Source: the human T2T-CHM13v2.0 reference genome, Homo sapiens
Strand: one strand, 5' to 3'
DNA: 64,000 nucleotides
Assembly: GCF_009914755.1 (NCBI RefSeq)
Contig: NC_060925.1
Shown here: positions 36,376 through 48,500 of the stretch, piece after piece
Position numbering within the stretch: position 1 is the first letter of the stretch
How the letters are laid out: each line of letters begins with the position of its first letter
Notes under the pieces: generated by a model
The model's database searches: none
The model's input: the letters and a program-made list of their open reading frames with translations, nothing else
Told to the model about the DNA's origin: nothing
Program-made: the position numbers and the translations under genes

Positions 36376-39300
36376 CTAGCTACAGCGTATTATTTAACAC
36401 ATGGTTATCATATCGAGAAAGTCTTCACAAACTCTGATGCCAATAGTGTATGACTCAGATTGGCATCACTTTACACAGCATGCTGAAATTCCCTGAGCAT
36501 GTAGATGATTCAGTTGTCTCAGTATCACTTCTTTAAAAGACTATCCTTTTCCTTCATTGAATTTACTTTTGTCAAAATCAAGTGGCCATAAGAATTTAGG
36601 CCATTAACTCACACATAAGCAAAAATTCCCTCAAAATTGATTATAGGCCTAAATGTAAGGGTTAAATTATGCACATCTTAGAAGAAAGCATAGATTAATA
36701 TATTCATGACCTTGAATTAGGCAAAACCCCACCTTTTCCTGGTCAAAGGGAAAAAGTTTAAAAATGAGACATGATCAAAACTAAAAATGTTTGCATTTTG
36801 AAAGACATCAATAAAAAAATGAAAAGATAAGCCACAGACTAAGAAAAAAATTTCAAATCATGTATTTGATAAAGAATTGTATCTATAATATAAAATATAC
36901 TTACAATTAAACAACAAAAAGATAAATAACCCAATTTTAAAATGGGGAAGATATTTGAATAGCCATTTCACCAAAAAGTGTAGGAATGGCCAATAAAGCA
37001 CATGAAAAGATGGTCAGCATCATCAGTCAGCAGGGAAGTGCAAATCAAAACTACAATGTGATACCACTTCTTACCCACTAGAATGCTATAATAAAAAGGA
37101 AAGACAGTAACAATTGGAGGAACTGAAAACACAATGATGTGAAAAATTGAAATACTCATGCATTATTGATGGGACAGGCAGCCACATTGGAAAACAATTT
37201 GGTAGTTTCTTAAAACATTAAAGATACATTTACCATATGACCTAGCAGTTTCACTCCTACCTGTCTACTGCAAAGAAGTAAAAATGTATGTCAGCACGAC
37301 AAGTGAATGTGAATATTTACATCAGATTTATCCATAATAGTCCAAAAAGTGGAAACACATTGAATGTCTATCAACTGATAAGTGAATAAACTAATGGGAG
37401 CCATCCATACAATTTAATAGGATTTGACACCTAAAAGGAACGAAATATTGATACATGCTACAACATAGATGAACCACAAACGTATATTAAGCTAAGTGAA
37501 AGAAGACGGATACAAAGGACCACATATTGTATGATTCTATTTATATGGTGTCCAGAAAATCAAATCTGTGGAGTCAGAAAATCAATTAGGGGCTTCCTAG
37601 AGCTGGGGGGTTTGGAATAAGGGGTGGCAACTGATGAGCATGAGGAATTCCTTAGGAATGATAGAAATGTTCCAAAACAGGATTGTGATGATGGTCACAC
37701 AGCTCTAAAATGTTACTAAAAGTAATTGAACTGTGCCTTAAAACAGGTGAATGTTATGATATGTCAATTATGCCTCAGTAAAGCTGTTTAAAAATAAAAG
37801 AAAGTTGGTAGTTTGGCTCGCATCAGTCTTGCCCTTTGTTTTATTTCTCATTTTCCTAAAGAAAGTGAGATATTTATTGGTTTAAAGAAAGCTTATATTT
37901 ATTGGTTCCACTCAGAGACTCCAAGAGAGACACTGGTTGGTCTATTAGCCTCCAGAACTCTCAACAGCTGAGGGAATGAGCAATACTGTCCTGAAGGAGA
38001 TGAGGGCTATCTAAGGTGCACTCCAGCACCTGCTACAGCAGGCAAAGGCCTGCGATGCACCTGGGTGGCCTCAGACAGTGCTCCACAAGTCTCAGCAAGA
38101 CCCAGGGCCTGTAGCTAGTTCTGATAGCTTCAGAGAACAAGCTGCTACATCTTGCAGCACAAGGCCAACCTTTCCTAGGCAAGTGGGTTTGAAGCACTGG
38201 TAGTCAGGTTCCAAGTATTAGGTGAATGTCTGCAATGTGGGAAGAGGGCAAGACCCAGATTGGGGTTTCAAACCAAATCATTGGTAGAGTATGACTTCCA
38301 ACAACTTCAGAAAGCATTCTTTTCAAGTGCTTATTGCATTTTCACCAACATAGACCATATGCTGCATCATAAAACAAGTCTCAATATATATCCAAGGATC
38401 AAAATCATACAGAGTATATGCTCTGGCCACAATAGTATTTAATTAGAAATCCATAACAATAAGATATCTAGAAAACTCCCAATCCTGGAAAACAAGCAAC
38501 ATACATTGAATAACACTTTGGTCATAGACGAACTCACAAGAAAAAATTCAAAACATCATTAACTGAGTGATGATAACCCAGTGCCTCAAAATGTTGGATA
38601 CAGCTGACACAGTGCTTAGAGAGAAATTTACAACTTTAAATGCCTATAGTGGAAGTGAGCAAAGGACTAAAGTCAATTATCAATGCTTTCATCATAAGAA
38701 TACTGAAAAATAAGAGTATAATAAACCCAAAGTTAATAAATGTAATCCAATTATGAAAATCATGAAATATAAAAACGAACAAACAATAGAGAAAATGAAT
38801 AGTTAATTTTTCTGTACACCATGCACAAAACTAAATTTTAAAATGATTTTATATTTAAACATATATCCAGAACCACAGAGATCTTAGAAGAATAAATTAT
38901 GACAATATAGGAAATTGAAAGAGAAAATGGGAATTCTGTGGGAATAAAAATCAGAAAGTAGTTGCCTATGAGACTGATTGGGTGAAGGGCAGGGAAATAA
39001 CAGGGAACAGTTGGAAAACAACTTTATGGAGTGAAGGAAATGGTCTATATCTTCTTTGAGTGGTACTTACATGGGCATATATAACTCTCAAAGTTCATTG
39101 GCACTGAACACTTAAGATCTGGGCATTTTAATGCATACACATTACATCTTGATTTTTTTAAAATAGAGGAAAGTGTTTTGGGGAGCTTATGGTAGTGATA
39201 TTGGGCAGTTGTCAGGCATAGGCTACAGAAGCATTCACAGCATATTCAGTTCAGGAATTTGCTGAGAATGGTTTTGCAGCCAAAAATATGGGAAAAGTTC

Positions 39301-42300
39301 AAACATCTATGATAAGAGTCACTGGGTCATACAACCAGAAATCCCCACTCTTGTGGTACAGGCCATATTATTAAGCAGTTATCACTAGATAGCTTCCCTT
39401 CAGTGATGTTCTTTGTCTAGGAATCCAGAGCTCTCCAGGGGAAAATTGCAATTGAGGTTTTGGATATATTGGGTAGGAGAGAAAGTCACCTCACATAAAA
39501 CTTAGTGATTAGAGCTGTCAACATCGCAAATTTCTAGACCTTGCAAGACAGGAGCAACATCTCAAATGATAGTCTGAGAGAGGAGATAATGGGCTAATGT
39601 GGATTTCCTTCCGAATGTATTCACTGCACAAGGTCAGAATTCACATTGCACTTGAAGATTTCTCCCAGTCTACTTTAAGTTCACAGATTGCAGATCCCAG
39701 AGAGCTGGTATCAACTGACCAGTGTCCTGTTAAGTCTAAACCCAAGACTCTTTGTCACATTGCAGCCTTGAATTTCTCTTTCTGTTCCTGGGAGATAAAA
39801 CTTAAAGGTCACTATTCTTCTGAGAAAAGGGATCCTGGAGGAGCAGAGAGCAATGAGTTTGTGGCAGGAGTTCATGGTGATAATGGCTGAGCCAGAAGCC
39901 ACAGTGCACAAAGCTCCAGGCTTGCCTCAAAGGATGAGGTGACCAGCACCCTGACTACTCTGTCCAGATATTAATAATCTAACTAACGGTTAGAGCTATT
40001 TCGTTTTCTTTCAGCTACTTCTGGCAATGGTGAGGATATGGAATTTTTGCAAAAAAAAAATGGGTGGAAGTAAAAAAGCATCTGTGTGAGTGTATAAATA
40101 TCTGATCTCCCTTTTTAGCCCTCTCCAGGGACACCCTAGAATAAGATCTTCTCCCCAGCATCTTCTGTTTCCTGGAGAGTGTTTCCTGCTACCTCGGATT
40201 GGCCATGACAGGCTGGAGCTGCCTTGTGACAGGAGCAGGAGGGTTTCTGGGTCAGAGGATCATCTGCCTGTTAGTGGAGGAGACAGAGCTGAAGGAGATC
40301 AGGGCCTTGGACAGGCCTTCAGACCAGGATTGAGGGAGGAATTTTCTAGTAAGTAAACTTGAGTCATAGTTGTGTGGCTCCAGCTTAAACCCTGCATTGG
40401 TGTGGGGAGGTGGACCTTGTCTAGCAAGTTATGGAAAGTCGTAGCAAAATCTAGGCCAATCCCACATCCAAAGTCATCAAAAAGGAAATATTAAATAGCA
40501 TAAAATTTCATAGTGTGAAATATACTTAAAGGAGTGTCCAGAGACTGGATTCTGGCCCTGACTCAGAACTTGAGAGGCAGCCACCTCAGCCTCCGGGCCT
40601 CTCTTCTTCTATTAAGAAAATCCTACATCTGTTATCTTTCTTGCCTACAACTCTTTTATGTCTGAAGCTTTTTGTCTTGGCGATTGCTTTGCAACATTCA
40701 CAAAGGACACCATTACCCTAAAGACCTCACCAGTGGATCCTGCCTTTCTAGACTGTGCTGGACTTTGTTTTGTTTGGAAGCTTCCTTAGGATTTTTAGTG
40801 AAGGCAAAATAAAAGGGAGCAAAGGTAAAGATGAGTGTATAAGTGTTTGTGTGGTTTGTGTGTGTGTGTCAGAGAGAGAGAGAAAATGAGGAGGAGAGAG
40901 AATGAGAAAGTCTGAATGAATGAGAAAGAGAGAGGATAAGAGAGAGAGAGGGCATCAGTGAGAGGGAGAGAGTGTGCACAAGTGCACAGCACAGAGCAGA
41001 AACAGAGTAGGAGGCAGTATGAGGCCAGATATGCCTCATTTAGATTTCTTATAAATGGCTTTTTTTTAAACCATTTCTCTCTGTCGCTCAATACCCCAAA
41101 GGAATTGATTGCAGAGTTTGCTGTAGCAACTCCTTGTGCAAATAACCCCGTGAGGAAGGTACAAAATGGGTCACATCCAACTGGACAATGAACCCACCAA
41201 GGTCTAGAAACATAAAGTTACTTGCCAATGCCATCTGATCAATGTATAGCAACGCTCAGGCCAGAGCTTCCTTCCAGAGGCTCCATCACTTGGCCATTGG
41301 GTTGATGCTTGGCAAAGTGGGTCTTCAGACTCTCTCTTTGCCTCTCTGTGTGCCCCAAACCAATTCCCTGTCCACCTCCCCAACCCAGGGGTTTGGGGGG
41401 ACTGTGTATCTACATGTGGGCTCTGGCTGCCCAGTGGGTACTCCCCTGCCCACAGAAAAGCCCCCACTTGACAGCACTCAGGACCACACCCAACAATCTG
41501 TTCTTCTTTCACTCTTCTCTGACCTCTTCAAATGTCCAATTTCCTCCACCTTCTGTTTTAATGGTGTCTTTGATTAACATAAGACCAATATTAAATGTTT
41601 GTAATCTTTATATCTCACCAATATTTGCTGTAACACCTGATACCAGAAAAAACAAACAAACAAACAAACAAACAAAAAACAATGCTCAGCCTAAGGGAAC
41701 CATTCTCCTATGGTGAAAATTCAGAAGGTATAATAAATGGGCAGGGGCCTGCATGAAGATAAAAACAGAGAATCTTTTCAGTGTTCTTTCTGTGTCAGGC
41801 ACTGTGCTAAACCTTTTGCATGTGTCGACTCATTTGCTCTTCATAACAACCCTATGAGATCGGTTTTTTATTATCCTCCTTTCTTACAGATGAGGAGACA
41901 ACCAGAGAGAGGTTAATTAACTTGTTCAAGGTTCCGCAGTTAGAATATGGTAAAGCTGGATTTGAACTCACGCAGTCTAGTGCAGCATCTGTGCGCTTAA
42001 GCAGTAGTTAGTCTAGCAGCTTCTAGAAGGAGTAAGCTATAGCTCCATCAACAAAGTCCCCTTTCCTGGTGCCTCTTGATCCCTGCAAACTCGTTCGCAA
42101 AGAGTCCTTTTATCTCTGCTTTGGACTTCTTCCGCTTTGAAATAGCAATTTCTTTGAGCCAGTCTGTCTGAAGTCGGCAGCAAAGGAGAAGCAGAGGAAG
42201 GCAGCAGAGAAGGGAGAAGAGGGGGAAATACAACCAGAGAAAATTCCACTCTCAGGCTGTTACCACCTCCTCCCCAGCAGCCTCTTCCCTGACTCCTCCC

Positions 42301-43255
42301 ACTGAAGGCCCTTCTTGGAGTTGCCTGACTATGGGAAGGGGCTGGGAGTAGACAAAACATGGCACAGGCATTAGGAGAGTAAATGGTCCCGCCTGTACCC
42401 CAGGAAGGAATTTCTCTAGCCTTGATTTTTTTCACTCTGAATTTCACCCTTACAATTCTTTGGACTTTGTTGCCAATTTCAGTTAAACTGGCTTATTCTT
42501 ACTCTTTCTCAGAAAAGTTGATTCTAAACAGCCAGTCCTGCACCTGGGGTGCAGAATACCTGAGCCTCAGTTTCCTCACCAATAAAGTGGGACTCAAAAT
42601 ACCTACCTCACAAGATAGCTGTAAAAGGAAATAAGCAAGCTGTGAGCCGTATGCAGATTATAAAGCACAAATGAGTGTAAAGTATTTATCTGAGCTCCAT
42701 GTAGCATGGTGTTCATTTTGTGGGCTAATTCCGCTGACAACTTTACTGGCAGCAATACTTCCTGTGGATTTCAGAGGAGCCTGAAGATATGGATGTTGTA
42801 TCTGCTGCCCTTGGCTAGACACTAGACAGCTGGGATGTTAATTCATCGGCGGCCAACTCATTTTCGGCATTGCTATCTGCTTTTGATGATATCTGATAAT
42901 AGTTTTTCAATAACATTCATCATTTATGCCTATCCTCAATTCCCTAGTAATGGCTCCACTCTCCTCCTACTTGCCCAAGCAGGAAACCATAGGGGTGATT
43001 TTATCTTCTCCTTTTCCTCTCAGCCCAGCTCAAATAGGTACCAGGACCTTCAAGGTAAGGTCTGAAATTCTAACCTGGTGTATCTCTCCCCTCCTCTGCT
43101 TCCACTGCTGGACCCTGGTTCCAGTCCTCATTTAAACTTTGGCACAGACATTCTGATTAATCACTTGATCACCTGGCTCTCTCATTTCCCCTGTACCAGT
43201 CCGTTTTATATCCTCAAGCCAAGGTTAACTACCTACACCACAACTCTGCCTCTGT

Positions 43256-43609
43256 TTCTCTCTCTCTTTTTCTTTTTTTTTTTTTTGAGAAAGGGTCTTG
43301 CTCTACCCCCCAGGCTGGAGTGCAGAGGTGCAATCTCAGCTCACTGCCACCTTCACCTCTTGGGCTCCATCCATCTCCATCCATCTTTCTGCCTCAGCCT
43401 CCTGAGTAGTGAAGACTATAGACAGATGCCACCACACAGGGCTAATTTTTGTATTTTTAGAAGACACGGGGTTTCATCAGGTTGTCCAGGCTGGTCTCAA
43501 TCCTCTAGGCTCAAACTAGCCACCCGCCTTGGCCTCCCAAAATTCCAAAAATTGCTTATTTATATTTGCAATGCAAAAAGAAATAGGCGTGAGCCGCCAC
43601 ACCCGACCT
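43256..43609 (-). mobile_element. Old Alu, paralog of 19866-20186
   Basis: Antisense Alu with a poly(T)/CT tail; contains a roughly 40-nt foreign patch at 43543-43583. Confidence 0.85.
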
Positions 43610-45019
43610 GTTTCTCTTTTATTCCAAATATCAATAAGCATTTTTCTTTGGCATGATGCTGGAGACCCAAAATCATGATTCCATACCTGATTCCTCATCA
43701 CCTACAAAATTAAATTCACTTTTTCCCTCTTATACCCAACTCTCCACAATCACCCTAGGCTCCTTAAGAAATTTGGTGAGTGTCCCATGACTCCAGCAAT
43801 GCTTACATTCTAGGCACACCTGACAGCTCACTGCTCAGATTACTTTTCTGAAATGAGATAAGGTAGAAACAGATGTTTGCTCTTTCCTAGTAAACTGCTG
43901 CACATGCTGATTTCTGTGCCTTTGTTTGCTTGTTCTTTCCATTGAATTTTGCCCTCCATTCTAACACCCCACTCTAACCGTCCTTGAGCACCTATGTAAC
44001 ATCACCTTTATCAGAAAACTTCTCAGCTAGATACAGAAATCATTCCAATGACCTAACCTCTGCTCACACAGAACTCCAGAACAAGATCAAGCTGACAGTG
44101 CTGGAAGGAGACATTCTGGATGAGCCATTCCTGAAGAGAGCCTGCCAGGACGTGTCGGTCGTCATCCACACCGCCTGTATCATTGATGTCTTCGGAGTCA
44201 CTCACAGACAGTCTATCATGAATGTCAATGTGAAAGGTAGGGTAGCCTGGGGAGGAGATAAAGCAAGGTGGGGAAATGAGGATCAGAAAGAAGGACAGGA
44301 AGGAAAGAGAAGTCTATCCATTGAACACCTGCTGTGCTCTGGGCCAAGTGACTTTGCTGATCACTACCAACTGGGGGAACTCAAGGCTGCTATTTTCAGT
44401 TTTATAGATGAGAAAACTAGGACTGAGCAATGACAAGCAACTTGTCCAAAGTCCCACAGTTGAGTGAGTAAGTAAGTAGGAGAGTGCGACTTTAAACTCA
44501 CTCCTGTGTGACTCCAAAGGCTGTGGAAGCTCTTTCTAATGTGGCCCCAGTCAAAAGTCAACTAATCTCCGACTTCAGACTCTTGAAATCCAGCTACCCG
44601 TTGGCTCCCCGGACCAGAATCTGACCTTCCGGGTGCCACCATAGTCATCATTTTGAACCTTATGTGTAGGCTGATGAGAACATTCAGAGTCTTCCTGCCC
44701 ACCTCAAAGAAGAAATCCTCTCAAGAGAACTAGCAAATCTGGTTCACAGAGGTCTGTCAGGACAGAATTATCCAGCACATGCCTTCCCACTATATGTTCT
44801 TAACAATAAGAGTTTCCCAGTGTCCAGAATACAGTCTCTTCAGCTCACCACAGGGTCTGCTAATTACATAGCTGTTTCCAGCCAGGTGCCCAAAGTGCAC
44901 CCTCATTCAGTCCTCATCCCTTAAATGCTTGGTGGTCTTTCTGAATCCTGGCTTTCCAACCTACTTTAAATTCAGACACATTTTCTTAAGGAATCTTCTA
45001 ATGCACTCTCACTCTCTGA

Positions 45020-45517
<498 letters not shown>

Positions 45518-48500
45518 TAAGTACCCCTACAATGCAAGGAGGATGCTAAGAGTAACCAGTTTTTTATTTTAATTCCTGTTCTCCACAGCTCCATACAACA
45601 GGGGATATGAAATGACAAGGAAAGTGTTAAAGACATCTGTTTCCTAAAACCATTATCACTCCCAGGCTTAGAAAATACTTCACAATGTTGATCAATTCCC
45701 CCTTGAAGGTAAACTAACTCCAAATTTGCTCCCTCGTTAGATTAATTTTTGAAAGCCTAAGACTGTCTCTCCAGAAATTCAAATTGCACAGAGACTTTAA
45801 ATTGGGAGCCTCTTTCCCAGGGAACACACCATCAGGAAAAGAGTGGGTCTCCAGCATGTTCCCACAACCCATTGTTTACTCAGTGACTCCAGAGATGGTC
45901 CTTGTGACAAAGTTTTATTAGTCCTCAACAAAATGAGGAAAATGTCAACAATTTCATGTATATTGAAGAGTGTATATTGCCTGCATACTGTGTATTTGTG
46001 TGTGTGTCATGTGAATTCTTCCACTGCCCTTTTCTGCCTAAGGATTGGGACTATCCATATACTCAGAGTATTTTTAAATTTTAAACGATCTGTCTTTAAT
46101 GGTATTGATGAAAAATCATAATTTTTCAATGTCTTTAGTTGGCAAAACAAAGAGTGATAACCCTAGGTCATTTTCCAAAATTAAGGTACACACACACACA
46201 CACACACACACGCACGTCCTTGAAACCCAAAAGTCTAAAAATTCTTGCTCTCCAGAACCCACTTGTCAGTTTCTTTTCATTTTTGTGATTTTCCTATGGC
46301 TGTAGTGTGGCCCAGTGTCAGTCAGAGCCACAGAAGAATGTATCCTGAGTCTGTTACAACCACTGCACTTGGGAGTGGGGAGTGGGGCACATGGATCTGT
46401 TCATGTGTTTGCCCCTCCCTTAGGGATACTTCCTGACACTGAAAGCATGCTCTTTCTGGGCGGGTACCCAGCTCCTGTTGGAGGCCTGTGTCCAAGCTAC
46501 TGTGCCAGTCTTCATCTACACCAGTACCCTCCAGTTAGCCGGGCCCAACTCCTACAAGGAAATCATTGAGAATGCCCATGAAGAAGACTTTCTGGAAAAC
46601 ACATGGTCTGCTCCATATCCATACAGCAAAAAGCTTGCTGAGAAGGCTGTGCTGGCAGCTAATGGGTGGACTCTGAAAAATGGTGATACCTTGTACACTT
46701 GTGCCTTAAGACCCATGTATATCTATGGGGAAGGAAGCCCATTTCTTACTGCCAATATAAATGAGGCCCTGAACAACAATGGGATCCTGTCGAGTGTCAG
46801 CAAGTTCTCCACAGCCAACCCAGTCTATGTTGGCAACGTGGCCTGGGCCCACATTCTGGCCTTGAGGGCCTTGCGGGACCCCAAGAAGGCCCCAAGTGTC
46901 CTAGGACAGTTCTACTATATCTCAGATGACACGCCTCACCAAAGTTATGATAACCTTAATTACATCCTGAGCAAAGAGTTCGGCCCCTGCCTTGATTCCA
47001 GATGAAGCCTTCTTTTATTCCTGATGTACTGGATTGGCTTCCTGCTGGGAATAGTGAGCCTCCTGCTCAGGCCAATTTGCACCTATCAACCGCCCTTCGA
47101 CTGCCACACAGTGACATTGTCAAATAGCATGTTCACCTTCTCTTACAAGAAGGCTCAGCGAGATCTGGCATATAAGCCACTTTACAGCTGGGAGGAAGCC
47201 AAGCAGAAAACCATGGAGTGAGTTGGTTCCCTTGTGGACCGGCACAAGGAGAACCTGAAGTCCAAGACTCAGTGCTTTAAGGATGACAGAGATGTGCATG
47301 TGGGTATTGTTAGGAGATGTCATCAAGCTCCATCCTCCTGGCTTCATACAGAATGTGACAAGGGCATAAGCCCAGGTCCTGCTGCCTCCCTTTCACACAA
47401 TGCCCAACTTATTGTCTTCCTCGTGTCATCAAAACCTGCCCATTCCCTGACCCAACCAGAAGCTTTCTGTCCTAATCATATACCAGAGGACAGACAATGT
47501 GATTTGCTTTTTCCAAATCTCAGTGGCTGATTCTGAACAACTGTGGTCTCTTTTATCTTAAGGGTCTCTTTTAACTGCTAGAGCTCTCCATTTCTCCTCC
47601 TAAAAGAGAAGGATTTCTTTTCTTTTAAGTCTCCTATTTCTTCACACAGTTCAAGGAAATGAGCAATAAATGTTTTAATGCTTAACCTGGAGGGAGGTAT
47701 GGTTTCTGTTAATACATACTTTCCTCCTTTCCCTTTCATTTCCAGGTATCACCATCTCCAACTTAGAAGAGTTGCATGAAACTGGGGTTGGGGGGTGGGC
47801 AGAGTAGTGGGAGGGTCAGGAAGGGTGGTTGAAGGCTGAATAAGCTCTGCCCTTATTGCAGGCATGTACAACATGAGCTACATATGACATATATTACCTC
47901 ATTTAATACACATCAGAAACCTATGAGGTGGGGTGACTATTTCCATTTTATTGGTGAGGAAATTTGTTCACAGTCAACTGATTAGTGGCTAGGCCTGCTA
48001 TCAGAAAATTGACCCTGAAAGTCCTTATCTTTCCACCAAATCAAACAGCCTGAACTGGTCTTGTCAGTGGTATGGCGGAGCACTGGAGCATGGGGTGCCA
48101 ATCCTTGGGAGAACCCTAGCTTAGCTGGATTACCTCCTTCTTGCACAATCCCATGCAGGGGATTCTCTAGAACTCAGGAAATTCCCCGAGGGGCATCTGG
48201 AAGGGCTTGCATGCCTTACCAAATGGTCTTGAGCAGGGGAGAGCAAGCAAAAATGCATCCAGCCTCCACCAGCTTTAGTGCCAATTTCCTTGAAGGTCTC
48301 TAAGACAAACCTGGCTATATGTGTGTTGGCCATTCTGGTCATTAACAACCTTGCATTTCACCCTTTCAAATCACATGATGAAGCCACATCATGGGTTCTT
48401 GGGCAAGTAAAGGGAACAAGTGTGAACTTCGTCAAAATACAGCTCTTATTCAGCTCAAAAAGTAGAAGTGTACTATCCCACCTCCCCAGATTTAACTGCC

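Noticed and set aside
43078-43656. 192-aa ORF
   Set aside because: Runs through an antisense Alu and poly(T); frame not kept in the HSD3B2 paralog
46478-47005. 175-aa ORF as a second functional HSD3B
   Set aside because: Upstream frameshift, dead acceptor, TTG start, premature stops and no NAD-binding domain
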